A program made the translations under genes and the position numbers. From Babesia bigemina (Eukaryota), in assembly GCF_000981445.1 (NCBI RefSeq), contig NC_027217.1:1736001-1800000 (forward strand): 64,000 bases of DNA, given 5' to 3'. This document shows positions 9,824 through 24,800 of this stretch, one piece after another (the stretch's first letter is position 1; each line of letters begins with the position of its first letter). Below the pieces are notes generated by a model. That model saw nothing but the letters and a program-made list of their open reading frames with translations. It was not told where the DNA came from and made no database searches.

Positions 9824-12800
9824 TTATAGTGTGGCTTCGTGCAGCACCGAAACCAACAGCGTAAAGTACAGCCTGGCGGTCTCCATGTTCGGCAGACGGA
9901 CCACCTTGGCCATCTTTGCGGTGCTCCCGAGGGTCACGCGGCGGGCGGAAGAGCGCCTCGCGACACGCTCATAGGAACTGGTGCACGAGTTTGGCTCTCC
10001 GTTGAGCCCAGTCTCATACCAATGACCGTTTGCTCCATCCGCCTCGTCCATCCGGTTCCTACTGCTGCTGGACTGCGATGAGAGACGCTCTAACTCGGCG
10101 CTGCTCTTGAACATAGGCAAATCTTGCATCCGGCGCTCGTACTTGTCAATAGTGATTCCGGCGAACTCTGAGCTTCCGGAGTCTACCGATTCCTGGTAAA
10201 GTCTGCGAGCTGACGTTATCCTCGCCGGGCCCTTTCCAGATTCTGGTCGACGCACAGTAGTAGCATGCTCTCCGGAGTCCCACCCGGCTGCCCTCGTGCG
10301 ACCCAGATGCATCCCATTTGCACGTCCAGGGGCGCAATCATCGGACGGGAACGTGGCTTCCTCCTGTAAGCGTTGCAACAACGGGGGCGGCACCGCCGCC
10401 GGGCCCCTGCGAATGGATGGCGAGGACTCCGATGATATGTGTACAACACGGAGGTAGAATGTATCGCTCGCGCTAAAGAACTTGCGGGCGGCCTTTGCGG
10501 TGATAATGGCCGAGACAGAATCTTCGTAGCGCACTCCCTCGGGCTTTTGGTAGCACGTGGCGGGCACTCGGAAGATCTCAATGCTGCAAATCGACTTGCT
10601 CTCGCACTTCCACAACGTCTTGCGCCGGTGCAAAAGCCCGACATGGGTGCGGTTTATCCAGAAGAAGGTCTGCAGCGCGGACGCCGGGGTGCAAACAGTA
10701 ATAGGGCTTATCAGCGCCATGTGGGCCGACAAGGCAGACCAGTGCGACGTCGCCGTGTACATGGGGTCAAAGAGCTTCAGCTTGCCGTCCAACGGCAGCA
10801 GCAGTAGCAGCTCCTTGACGCCTGTCGTCTGCTCCGAGGCGCACATGGACCACGATTCCAAGAAGTTGTATCGCAAGGGCCCGGAAGTCTTCAGGTAGTT
10901 ATGCGAACGTTGCGGGCGTATGGCGGACAACATCGGCGCCGAATGGATTTGGTGCAGCAAACCCTGCGAAACCACCGATATGCCGCTCAGCAGACTCGAG
11001 AACGTTCCGAAGATCAAACTTGCCATGGACGAGAACAGGGAACCGAAGATGTGCAAAAACGCCATCGTAACGTCCCCGTTGATTGCCTTCGCAGTCTTGA
11101 TGGCGGACATGCACTTTAACAGCTGATGAAGCGGTTTGAGGGCGAAGTTGCCCACGCTAACGTAAAGGTTGCGCCCGACGGATCGACCACCGAACACGAT
11201 ACCCTCCATTACGTTGCTCGGTTGGTCCAGACTCTTGCTGAACGCCTCCTGCATTAGTATCACCGCGTACCGGTCGGCGTTGCACGCCAGCCTGTTGAAT
11301 ATCAGGTACCAACTACCCGTCAAACGATACACTGCGTCCGCGATACCCGATACCACAGAGACGCCCATTCGTGACACTGAGCGGAACCAGAGGAAAACGA
11401 CGACGGGCGGTAGGTGCAGATACTCTAACGATTCCCGCATGATGGAGATGGCTTGACAACAGCCGTTCATCCAGTGGTGCACAACTATCTTCGGATTGCC
11501 AATGAGGTCAACTGCTCCCAGCACCTTGTAGATCTGCTGCACGCTCTGCGTGATGTAGCGCATGGAGAAGTGCGACATCAGCGCGTACGGCGTGCAGCAC
11601 AGCTCCAAGAACGACTCCTGCGCGAGGATGATGCTCGCGTCGCTGATGTGCGGCATGCGGCGGACAATGTGCATCAGGTACCGTATTATCACGTTCTGCG
11701 CCTGCAAATCGAACGTGGCGCGCGACCCCGACCTGCGCACATTGATGGCCAGCATGATGCGGCCCACGTGGAGGTTCGAAATGTTGTAGCGCGTCCCCGA
11801 GCTCAGGCTACTGCTGAACTGGCTGCGGGCAACCTCCCGCAATGGGTAGCTCACCACATCGAAGCCGCGCAGCCAACTATCCACGTTGGAGAAGATACCC
11901 ACGTTGGCCGTTGCGAAGTAGTCCGACGTCGCGCCGGAAAACCCAAACACGGATATGTACTCGTCCACCAGCATCAGCAACGCCTGCCCAACTCGGGTGT
12001 CCAGATTCAAACTCAGAGGCTCGAGTTCGATACTGCAATTGGTGATCTCGCGCACGCTGAGGTAGTGGTTTCCTCGCGTATTGAACTTGATGGTTATGAC
12101 GTGCGGTTCTGTCTGCTGTCGCTCGTCGCCGGCGTCATGTTTCGCCCCCAAGTGTTCTCGGATGCGGCTACGGCGCTTCATCTCGTTCGCGTGCGCAGGG
12201 GAGTGCCAAGTGGCCAACGGGCGCAGCATCGTTGGGTAACACGTAGAAGAGTCGTGCACGTCGGACTGTATCCAGGCGACAGACAGGGAGAGCATGTGCT
12301 CGTCGTTGTCCAGCATGACCTGGAGCTTGATCAAGGTGCTCGAGATGTACAGGAGCTCCTCCGCAATGCCGCCACAAATCGCCGTACCAAGGCCCAAAAT
12401 GTTCACCTGGAGGACATACTCCCAGTTGAAGAGACCAGCGCGCTGCGTGCGAGTCCGCGCCGTCGGCGTGACCACGGTCTCATTCACGGTGTCGCGTTCG
12501 GACTTGGCCGTGAAGCACGCCCGCACCCGCCGCATGATCCTGGATGCGTTGAATGACAGCAGGGACGATTGCCCATCACCACACAACGCGGCAGGCATCA
12601 TCCTACGAATAGCGCCGCCTGCGCGGCTGAGAAGGCGCAAGGTTCCACTCCTGTTGTAGCGCATGTCATGTGGCACCGTCAACTTGTCCTTCAGCACGGA
12701 GTAGAGGTGGAGGAATTGCAAGGGCCTGATCCTCTGGAACCTGGACAACCCACGCGTTGGAATGCGCATGGCGGTGAAGTGCAGCGTCTTCTGGCCGAAG

Positions 12801-15800
12801 ACGACGCACGTCTGGGCTATCAGCCGCATGGATATGATGGTGTTGCTGTACCTGAGGTGGAACACCGCACTGCAGCGCATGGACTCGACCCGGCTGAGGT
12901 TCACCCTCAGCGCCCCCTTGACACGCGCAACGCGGCCGGCGCGGCGATTCAGCACGTGCCTCAGCGGTAGAACGCCCAATAAGCTGTCAGAGTTATCCGC
13001 GCGCACGTTGCCCACGGAGGGGTCGTTTTTGCGGCGGTTGCCCTTGCCGTGTTGGCCCACCAGCATCCTGAAAGCGCGCATGTTCAGGTGGAACCTGCAC
13101 AACAAGGTGTGCTCCTTGAAGGGGTCGTAACATGCGAACGGGACGCCTAGCCCGGCGTAGCGCTCAGTCAGGGCTCCAGTTGCCAAACCGACTGCAGGTA
13201 GCACCTCCCCGTAGCCGGGCACTCCCAGCTGCTGGACCCAGAGGTCAACACCTGTCGTGTTCAGCAGCACCCACTCGGCCACCGCAGGCTTCATGAAGCG
13301 CACCATCTTGGCTCCACGGTGCATCCTTATCTCAACCTCACAGAGACCGTAGCGCAGCGGCCGCGGCACGCCGGATGGTGACGCAGCGGCACGGTGCGCA
13401 TCCTCCTGCGGAGACTGCGGGCTCAAAAGAGGAGTGTTTGAACGCCCGGTCAGCTTCTTAAGCTGCTGCAGCGATGCCGGGTAGCGCAGCTGAACAACAG
13501 CTGAAGGCTTCAGCGATATCCCCGACGACCAGATGGTGAACGGCGAGGCAGCCTCCGGGGAATTTGGCGTTCCTGCCGATGCGAAGACGCTGCGCGGGTC
13601 CACACCAGTTATCTCCAGAATAAGCTCCCCCTTCACCTGTGAGTGGAATTCTATGGTTTCCCCGGGCTCCACGAGGTAGTAGCCGGCCGATCGGTTCTCA
13701 TCAATAGATCCGCCCATGGTGGGCGCATCCGGTTCGCGAAGCCATAGCGCGTGATTGAACTCATTGGTCACAGTTGTCTGTGGCAGTATCTCGAGCACGC
13801 TCGTACGGTAGAACGGGGCAGGGGCCATCGAAGTGGAGATGAGGTAATGTAGCTTGGGGCACTCCAGCGTAGCGGGGAAATCGCAGGTGGAGTAAGCCAA
13901 GTCGGGCAAGCTGAAGCTGCTCGACATGACATGCGTCTCGCTAGAGCGGTCCAAACTGAACAGTCGGCGTTTCGAGCGCATGGGATAATTCTCGAAATTC
14001 GATATCTTCTGGAGCGTGTTTTTCCGCACCGCCAGCTGGAGGCTGGTTGAAGAGAGCTCTTGGCTGACCAGGGTGCAATTCTGTGCAGCTATGGTCTGCT
14101 TGTACCTGCCGTCACCGCGGCACAACGATATCGGATACTCCAACCAATTCACAATCCACTTGTCGGCAAATATGGTGCACACCAACTGGGAGCTGGCCAG
14201 ATAACGCTTGACCAAGCCGCCACGTTCGTCAACCGGGTCGAGAGGCTTCTTGCTGACCTCAATGGAGACCACAAGTCTCCTAGACAGTGGGCAGGTGGCA
14301 ACCGCTTCTGTCGTTGCGGAATCCTCCGTCTCGGTCGTATCGTGAAGAGCTGCGAACGCATCGGCGAATTTAGGCTGCATGGCTTCAAACAGCAACCTAG
14401 AAACGGACACAGCTTCTGTTGGCACCTTCAAATTGAATTCACGACTCAATAGCTCCCTCAGCACAAAACGCCCGTTCTTAATGTACCACGAAAACTGCGA
14501 CCTGCCGCTCGCCTTTATCGGCACGGGGTAAAACGGCACTTCCGCGGCGACATCGCCTTCTGAGGGGTTCGCAGCCTTCAGGTAATCGTAAGTCACTGGG
14601 CTCAGTATGTGGACATCGAACGGCATCATATTCTCCACCACTTGGCAGCTCTCCAGTGAAATTTCGTAGTGTCGTATTCCCGAACGCCCAACCGTTGTAC
14701 CGAAACTTGATCTCATTGAGGAAGTGACCTCTATAAGAGTTGCGGAGAGGATTGCTTTTGGCGGCAGGTCAGTATCCTCCGGAACCTCGAACATGGGCCT
14801 GTGGTCTACCGAGGCGCTGCGGAATTTGTGGTTGCGCAGCGACGTGACGTGTTCCACACGAGAACGCCGGCGCAGCAGCATGCCGTTAGACGGGCTCCCG
14901 CTGCTGACGTCGGACGCCACCGCAAGGTGCGCAAACGTTTTCGAAGTCACCGCATATGCGGAACGACGGTCGGATCCGTCCGAGAACGCGATCTTGTTAG
15001 ACCCTTCCGACACGCTTTCTGACCCGTCCGTCTTTACATCCGGAGCACTGGGCACATTAACCAAAGCGCTTGGTACACCGGTGGCAGCATCGGGCGTTGT
15101 GTCCGAACTAATGCTGCCGTGACGGTTTACATGCTCCGACAAGAGTTGTGCCGGGGAAAGGTTGCGAGATGATCTAACATTGGCTTCTTCACGCGCTGAA
15201 GAATCGGAAGTTGCTTCGTTACCCAGCAGCGTTTCTGAGTTCCTACGGCCTGCCGTCCTGTTTGCAGTCGGCGATCCCATCACCGCCGTGGCACAGCGCG
15301 TAATGGATTTGGTGCGTATGGCATCGCGCCCTTTTAAGGACACCGTGAGATCCTGCACAAACCCGGTATTGAGCCCTGTTGCCAAGATGTCGTCAGGTCC
15401 GACGTTACCCAGGTGCACCCTTGACGTGTAGTCCGGTATTGGCGTCTTTATGCGCGGCAACTCAAACGAGTCGTAGAGATGCTGCACCGAAGTGCTGGAG
15501 AGCAGCACGTCGCCTTTGAAGTGCGGGGGCATGTCCTCCGGGAACTCGAACGCTAAACGGTCAGCACGATTGACGTGCACGGCGTACTCGCCGCCACCGA
15601 CGTTCAGCGGGAAATCGTCCTGCAGGCAAACGCAAATGGTGCACGACGGCTCGATTGTCCACGACAACGGAACGCTCACACGTTGCTGCGCGTATGAATA
15701 CACCCGCAGAAGCAGGTGCTGCAGTTTAAAGTCCTGAGGGCGGTTCGAGGCATCCTCGTTGGTGCTGAGCGGCCGCAACACGTGGGCTGGCACAAGGCGC

Positions 15801-18800
15801 TTGATGGGTTGCTTGGAGTCCTGAATGTGCGTCAGCTGCTTGAAAAGGTTGTTGCCCACGGCTTTCACCACCGCCATCATCTTGTTGCTCTCTATGGTGT
15901 TCTTCGCGAGCGGTAGCGTAGTGGTCGCCGGGGCGTTGGGCGAAAGCCAAACCAGCGACGAGCTCGGCACCACGCGGTTCGCAGCGTCCATGCTCACCGA
16001 GGGGAACACCACCAGGTTTTCATGCGACTGGTTGCTGATCCAGAGCGTCGACGACAACTGCAGGCTGAAGTGGCTTGTTGCAGACGCGTTCGACCTGATG
16101 AGGCTACCCACGCTCTGCTGCGTTTTTACCATGACGTACGCGTACTTGAACTCCTCATGCTCAAACAGATGCAGCGGCACGCCAGGAACCCTGCGCATGG
16201 CCCTGATACGTTTCAACACACGTTGCCTCCAACCACCAGAGACGTGGGAGGTGGGGAGACGGCCCGAGTGCTTCGACGACGCGAAGTCGCTGACCAGGAA
16301 ACGCGTACAAGCGGTGCTAACGCCAAACCGGTACATTTGCGTGTTCGACCTGTCCGGGCGCATGGTGCGCAGGAACGCCATGCGGTTCTGATGCCGGCCT
16401 CGCAAGTATTTGCGTGACACGTCCAGGCGGAGTATGAGCTCCTCATCCTGGGTCAGGTTCAACATCGACGACGGTATCTCGTATACGCAGTTGTTCAGCT
16501 GAATGCGCACGACAAACGGCAGAATGATGCCGTAGTGCCCCACCGGGAGAACGCAACTGTCCCCGTCTTCGACGACCCTCCACGTGCAATCCTCAGAACT
16601 CTCAAATGACGAATCGACATACAGACAGACTGCGATAGGCTGCCCCAATGAGTTCAGAAGGTACGATTGCTGATCGCGGGTTATTTCTCTCCGCGAGCTG
16701 CCACCGCGACCGACCACGTCGTGAGATGGAGCAAGCCCGTGGCAGGCCAAGGGGGAGGCACTGGCCGCGTCGCCCTCTAGTTTGAATGAGCTCATCGGCC
16801 TAACGGCAGCCAGCAGGCACGCGTGCAAATCCAACATCCTCGCGCATCTAAACAGGTTATTTTCTATCCTAAAAGCAATTGCAGACGATATTTCCCAGAC
16901 CGGCAGCGAGGGGTTCGTCAACCCCAGTGTCGCATGCGAAGATGCGGACAAACTGAGTTGCGATGCGTTTTTCAGCGCCGATATGGGCATCATGGTGGTC
17001 ACAATATCGCCATCCGACCTGCACGCAACTGGCGGCTGGAATGCGTGGTAGTCGTCCTGTTGCTGCTCAACAAGGGCAATTCTGAGGCGCGCCATCTCCG
17101 AGATGTACCTCATGAAGCCGAAAACGCACTCCGCCCCGATGAGCGAAATGTTGAGGTTGATCCACGACGTGCTTAGGCTGGCGATGGTCTTGGAGGACAT
17201 CGAGGCCTTGCTGCCTCGGAAGCGCACTGTTACCGGCTCCATGACCATCTCACGTTTAGACGTCTTGCAAATGTCCAAAGTCACGCAAAAATGCGACTCG
17301 AACTTCAGCAGTGGATGCGCGGAGCTCGTGGAAGACGACAGGTGCGATATGGGATCCTCAATGACGCCGAATCCCAGCCGCGAAGGGTTTGAGCGCTCCG
17401 AATGCGGGTGCAATTCCTCCGACGAAATCTGCTGCGATAAGATGTACTGGATGGCACCAAAGCAGAGCGATATATTGTCGTTTATGCTAAAGGAATAGAC
17501 CTCGGACAAGGATATGGACTCATTGAAATGAGCGTTCACCCAATCCTTCCCATCGGCTACCCCAACGTTTTGCGCCGACGCGAAGGAAGGCGCATACGAC
17601 AGGACGGATTGCCTCTTTTCGCGGTTAGACCACAATAGGAATTCGAAATCCTCCAACGAGGCAGTGAATATATTCCGCAACTCGTTGACGTAGTTGCTGG
17701 ACACCTCGAGGTAAACGAGGTTAAAGGCGACCTTCACACCAACGCTGAAGCCGGACAAAAGCCGCTCCAGGAAACCGGTATTCGAAGCTTGAGATGACCT
17801 ACTGCCGGACTTCCTCAGACCAGTACTCCTGCGTTCCACAGGGTTGCGGATATCCACTTGGTTCTCCGCGTCGGACTTGACACTGACCCAGTCACCTTCC
17901 GACGAGGTGGGAGCGCATGAGTGGAATTCATCCGCGCCGGTGCTGCTGTCCTCCACGAGCTCCTTGGCGTTGCTGGGAGTCTCAGGCGCCGCTGCCACCG
18001 GAGAAAGTGGTGACTGTGCAGGCTCGGCGGCAACGGCGGTGCTGGGCACAGTGTCACCGGATGTATGCATACTCAGGCATGAACCAGCCAGCCCAGCCAA
18101 GCTGCAGAAGGACAGAATGTCGACGCAAGAGAGCGAACACCTCACCGTCTCAAACGACACCGTCATGCAGAGGCTCTGGGGGAACTCCCGGTGCCCAAAG
18201 GACGTCGAGTCCGGGCGCAGTAGTACGCCACCGGAAACTTCCAAACGGCACGGATCGATGAACATCGAATCGACGCACTCGTTGAAGTCATACAGGGTCT
18301 GCTTGGACAACGCAAGAAGCTCGAAGAACTTGGAGTCGCGTTGGCGATGCTGCCGTATGAACTTGAGGAAGTCAATCTGTTGTCGGTAGAATTCCTCGCC
18401 GGCCGGTGCACGTTTCCGCAGGGCGGTCAAGGCGTAACCGCAAGGGGTCAGCACGCGGTAGGAGAAGTGCCGCGAAAAGACCCCGAAAATGTTGCTGCCA
18501 GATGCACGCATAAACACGGTCAATGACGGGTAATCGTGGGAGGGCGCCTTGGCATTATCCGTGAAACCGCGGCCCAGCCCACCCATCGTTGAAACAGGCC
18601 GACCGTCCAACCAGCTGGGTTCACGCGCTCCGCTACTCAAGCTGAGGTGAATGCTGCCGCGCCCGGAGAGGCGCAAGTAGATCGGCGTGGAGAGGATTGC
18701 GTTCCGGTGTACCTCGTGCAGAAGGCGGTGTACGAAACTCCACCGCATCAGTGTATTGGAGCTGACGTTGGTCGCCACGCTTTGCCGTTTCATCGGGGTG

Positions 18801-21800
18801 AACAGCTGCTCCTTCGGAAGTAGCCTCAAATGGTGTTCCCGCCTCTTGTCGTACGACAGCGCCTTGACGTGAGGCACCAGCGCTTCGCTGCTTATGGACG
18901 CATTGGTGCCCTGGCCTAAACTGTGCGGGAACATTCCGCGTTGCTGCAGCATATGCTCGTTTATGTTCATCAACAGGTGGCTTCGGTGCTCACTTAGGTC
19001 GGCGATTGAGCATCTACGCGAGCACGAACCACTGCCCGGGTCGCCCGAATGGAAGGAGTCGCGCAGCACCTTGTACCACATGAAGTTGACGAAGTTCTTG
19101 TACCCAACCCACGCCGAATCACAGAGCACATTCAGGTTGGACTGTTCAACAGTCACCGTGGTCTCCAGGTTCATGCGTGCAGGGCTCGATTCCGCCACAG
19201 GCGCGGACGGCTGCGGAATGTTTGCCATTTTCTTCGAAAGCCTCATGCAGAAGTCCATCAACTCGTCAACAACCTCCCAAGCAACGTTCACCATGGTGTT
19301 GGAAACGTCAACCTTGCATTTCCCTCGTCCGCTGTCGTCGTAGTCTATGGACGCCATCATGAAGAACGGTAAACGCACGTTGCGCCCAGCCTCCGAGCGC
19401 AAGACCTCCTTGTCGGTCATCCGCGTACAGTCCATTATACACGAGAGGTACTGCTCCACCCGCTGGTACGCTCTACAGATGTGGCCACTGGTTTCCTTCA
19501 GCCGGAAGAATTGTGGCTCGTCGTACTCATGGGATAGGGGGTGACGGAAGTCAACGCTGTAGTAATCAATGTGACGCAGCGTTCTGCGTAGAGTGGGATC
19601 GTCACGTTCAGTCCTGCTACAAGCAGCGCCGCGACTGCTGCGAAGTAACAAATGCCGCATCGACGCGTTCAAGTCGTCACTGTAAGATTCCATCGCAGAC
19701 CGCACCTTGTGGATTTCGCGGCGGACCTTTAACCACCTCCAGAACAGCGTGCTATCACCGGCGGAGAACAGCGTGGACAGGTAGAGCGGTACCGAGTTGG
19801 TTTGGTCCTCTACCTCCACCGAACCCACGAACGCACGCAGGCAGTCCACCACGCCTGACGAGCACCTGGCCTTCACGCCCAAACCGGTCAGCTTGCAGCT
19901 CAGCAGCGGCAACGTCACGCCGAAGCGCTGGAGAACCGATTGCACACAAGACAGTGCTGCATGACGCGATATTGCATTCTTGGGGCTGGAATCACGGTAC
20001 ATCCCATCAAATGACTTGAGAGTAAAGGAGCGATCAACGCCTGCGGAGAACCCCTTTAACATGTAGGCGCTCGCATGCTCCGTGGGGATGATTATCATGT
20101 CATCGGCGCTATTGAACTCCCGACTGCCGTACTTAGATGGCCTCGCAATCGGTGACCGCGTCGCCGAATGAGAAGGCGTCCTACGCAGTGGGCTGGTCGG
20201 CGTTGCACTGAAATCGAAAGTCCCGGAATGGGACCCTGGTGGCCTCGAAACGTTGATCGTGCCATCGTCCAGGCGCACCAGGCGACGCAATTCGAAGTAC
20301 AAATAATCCAACTTCATCTCGAACTGCACCATACGCGACGTCTCGAGGGCGCGATGCGCAATGACCTCCTGCACCTCATTCCATTTCTGCGACACTATCG
20401 AACGGAACACCGCGTCATGACGGCTGTCGAAGACATACTCGTCGTGGTGATCACTCGTATGCGGCGATACGTCTGGGATATCAGTTGAAGCGGTTCCGAA
20501 CCTCTCATGCGAAGCCTTGGCGCGCAAGTGGTCCCGCGCTTTGCTCGGGTACAGTACCTCCTTGCTATCGTTGCACAGCGTTACGTACTCGGAGTAAGCA
20601 TCAATCAGCGCCAGCAGATCGCATTCGCGAAGTGAGACGTGCACGGAACCCAGATCGGTTGTAATCACGATCTTGGCAGTGCCGCGGTTCAAACTACCTG
20701 AGTTGGAGCACTTCAACTTCACGAACACCTCGTTCTCACAACCGATGCGAATGAGCTCGAAGTTGCTCTGGAACTTCGACATTGAGAGCGAGATCACCGG
20801 GTCTTCACGCACCTTCGCAGATTTGGCACACGTTATCCTGTTCAGGTAATCCGATAACTTCACGCCCGCTCCTACGCCCATGTACATCTGCCGCGAGCCG
20901 CCGTCTGACAAGAAGCTGTAGTCGCCATTCACGCACAGCACGCGCAAATTGGACATTCTCGCGATATGGGAGTCGTACGGGGAGTCACGATCACGCGGTT
21001 CAAGCAGGCGCGGCGTGATGTCGCTCGCCATAGCGAACGATTCCATGCACACGAAGTACGGAGCACGGTTGCCCGATGATCCTACGTCCACGACGAACAC
21101 GCATTGATGGTTCTGCTCGATGAAGAAGTCCACGTTCGGAAACGGCATCGCGCCCTGCTGCAGGTTCTTCGCATACTCGATACCCAGGTCGATCAACTGG
21201 TAGAGCTCATGATAGAAACCAGAGCGGTCGTGAGAGAGGTGAAAAGCCTTCTTTTCGGCGCCCACCAAGACCGGGTTGAGGGTGTCGTGCAAACTCTTAT
21301 TGTGCCTCAACATACGAAGGCAATCCATGTACTCATCCAGCAACCGGACGTGCCCGAACAAATCGCTATTCACATGCAGGAGCACTCGCGTGTCCGCGTC
21401 GTTCGGCTTGCAGTAGCGATTGAGGCTTAAGCCCAGGTACAAGTTCGAATCGCTTATCACCGCATCAGTAGCGTCAGCACGTCGTGACGCCCCCAAACCA
21501 AAGTCACGACGCAACGCCTTCAGCTTCTCCAGGCCTCCTGCTACGCCAGTGAGTTCAGGTTCGACCTCCGTCATCACTTCGGCGGCCTGGACTTCCTCGC
21601 CGCACGAAAAGAGCACGGTGGCGGGCCCGTCCAGATGATGGCACGGGCAGCCCTTACGCGACTGCGACTCAGCGTCACCACTGGACAGGCTGAACGGGAA
21701 GCTCAGAATGCTGAAAGGCAGCAATTCCGTCTCAATCACCTGGCAACCGTCGCGCCCATACACGTCGGCAATGAACACGTGCGCACCTTTGGTCGACAGC

Positions 21801-24800
21801 ACGTACGCTTTGGCGCTCGAGCTGGACTCCTCGTAAGGCTCCAGGTCATACGTGAATACTATCCGAACATTCGTCAGGACCACATCGACAACCACGTCGA
21901 ACGTTGACATGGCAGGCTGGCATATCTTGCGCAGCGATTCCAAGAATATGTGCGATTTCGCGTGCTTCGACGCGATCTCGTAAATGCCGCCAACGATCTT
22001 CAGTCGCGCCTGCAGCCGCGAGCAGTCGTCTATGTCAGCACCTTCCCCGTCGGCTTCCCGGTCGTACTGGTTGCAGATGTTAACGAGCAACACGTCGGTG
22101 AGACATTCACTAACGTCGCAGTCGTAGCCATGGCGCTCCCCGAAACTGCGGATAAGGTTGCGGAGCCCCTCGGAAGCCCTGCTGCGCAGGATCCGGATGA
22201 CCTGCATGGAGTGCAGTATCTCGAAATCCATGATGAACTCCTTCAATTCATTGTTCTTGCTGTTCTGGTCTAGCAACAGGTACTGGGGCCAGTACTCCAT
22301 GTACATGATCTCGTCGACTGGGGATGCGCGCGGGTTTTCGAACGTGTAAACGATACCCGACTGCCAACTCATGTACTTCAGGATGCTTTCGTAAATCAGG
22401 TTGATCAAGCAGTCAGTCTGGTCCTTCGAAATCGTGATGTTCAGTCCCTCCATCTGCAGGAAGACTGAGCAGCGCGGCAGGTAGTTCTTGGCCAACGCCA
22501 TTGTCTCCTTGTACAGCTTGAAGTAATGTTCGGTGCCCCACGCTGACCAACACGTGCGTGGAGCGACAAAGGGAGGCGTGGGGTAGAGGCAGAAGTAAAA
22601 GGACAGGACGCCGTTGCACTCCTTAGGGTTCAGAATGTAGTTGTGGGTGATCTCCTCCAACGACCTCAGGAAGAACTCCTTCAAAGAAGGGTCCTCGTCA
22701 CGGTTGATCACGAACGTGTACCTCGTCCACGCCTCCGACGCCGCACCATCCTGACAACTATGCGGCGGTTCAGCGGGGTCCATGCAAACATCGTCGTCAT
22801 CGGGAACCTCGTCGGACTGTTGAGACGCACCTTCACCTGCAGAGGCACCAATGGAGGTAAGCGTGTGCCACGTCTCGTCGTACGACAGCGGTGCAGCCTT
22901 CTCGGCCTTATACGCCCCGGCGTCGAAAACGTCCGAGTCGCCGTCCGAAACTGCGCAAGCAGCATCGCCGCAGTTTGAGAAGCAACCGAATGGGCCCCTC
23001 GAAGGCGTCGACGAGCACTCTGATCCGGCATCGTCGCCCGTCGCCTCGGACACCGTACCTTCCGAACCAGCAACACTGCTCTTCACCGATGCCAACGAAT
23101 CAGACTTTTTGACGCTGCCACTACTAGGAGTCGACACATGCTCGTGGCATTCCTTCGCCGGCGACTGCCCGGTGCGACCGTGCCGGCGGGCATATCTTTC
23201 CTGCGACTTACGGATCATGTCAAATGACTCGTGGCGCTGTTCTTCTGTCGGGTGCCTAATGTCGCAGAACGTGCTTAGGAGTATACGCCACGTCGATCCC
23301 GATGACAGGTTGTAACCCACAGGGCTCATATATGGAGCATCCGGGTCAATCGACGAGCCGTGGCCACTGGGGGAAGTGTCGCAGCAGAGAAGGCGGCGCA
23401 GTGTACAGCGACGATCCGACCAAGCATGTTCCGATGAGCCTGTCGCAGTGTTTCCATAGCCGAAGCACGTTATGCTTTTCGACAAACGATGATTCTCGGA
23501 GGTGGACGCAGCCTCGTAGTTGGCCAGACGACGGATGATGCGCTGGCTAACACGTGGGTCCCTCTTCACTGGCGACCTGCTGTCGTGGCCCGTGACTTTC
23601 GCATTTCCGCTGCCGTTTTGCGTGAAGATGCTTGCGTACCGCCGCTGCGACCTACGTAACCCCCTTCCCGGGATGCGCTGCCAACCGTTTCGAGATACCG
23701 CGTCGCACTCTGCGTTGTGTTCGCCCGTGGACAGGTAGTTCATCAGTCTGGATACTGCACAACTGAACACGGAGTTGTTCGACGCCAGAACCTTAAGCGG
23801 TCGCTGGTGGCCGAAGTGGTCGTTCTGCACCCTGTCGTGGGAGTGTCGAGCGAAGAGCAGGCGGCTGCGGACACGGTCACCCGCCCGACGCCCCTTTATG
23901 CGGAACGCCTTTCTGAGCTGGCCTCTGCCGCCAGAACTGTACCGCAACCGGTCGCGGTTGGGAACATGCGCGAAATGCACTCCCCTGTGGTGGCCCCCGC
24001 CGGAACCGTACGCAGCAGTCGCGCCGCCGGAGTAGCTCAAGGCATCAACAAAGGCGGCCTCCTCACCGTCGTCCACGATGGAATCATGCGCGACGAACGG
24101 GTGACGCGACTTCGGATTCTCCCTGTTCACGGAACCACGTTGCATGGCGTCACTGCTCTGCATCATCCCCGGGCGAAGCGGGTCCAACCGGTCGATGTAC
24201 ACCCCCACGCCCTCAAGTTCTATGCGGCGATAAATCACCCCCGGGCTCATCAGCCCATTGTCGTTGTAGTACGACCGCCTGAACGGCGCCTCGAAACCCT
24301 GGGAGTCACGTGGCGTGCTCGCGCTGTCGGCACTGGTCAAGAACACGGCCGACTTGACAACGCAGCCCACCGCATAAGCAACCTTTGGGTTGGTGGTGTA
24401 ATCTTCGATACGCACGTGCACGTTGTTGATTCTAAGCTCGAGGCTTTCCAGGAGCGAGATAACCGTGCGCCAGATAAACCCGCGGCCCTTGATCTCCGTG
24501 ACGACCTGCGCCAGCGACTCCGCGGCAAGAGTGGAGACCTTCTGCACAAGGTACTCATCTCGGAACGCCTCGGAGTCCCACTGGTTCTCGGGTGTTGCAG
24601 TCAGAAGCATGACCACATTGTTCAATTCTATCACCAGCTTGCGCTTTGATAGGCTAAGGAGCGGCAGGTGGATGCTGATGTCCAGACGGTCAATCAGCCT
24701 GCACGTCATTAGGTGCGCATATTAATTACACACGACGCAATCGTCTTTACAAGCAACGATGACCGCGTAAAACCGTGACATCGAGCAACACACGGCTACA

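Noticed and set aside
11453..12556. 367 aa plus-strand ORF (and similar ones at 23717, 39907, 41209, 56802) antisense to real genes
   Set aside because: Shadow ORFs expected from high GC3 codon bias. They have no motifs and lie entirely opposite well-supported CDSs.
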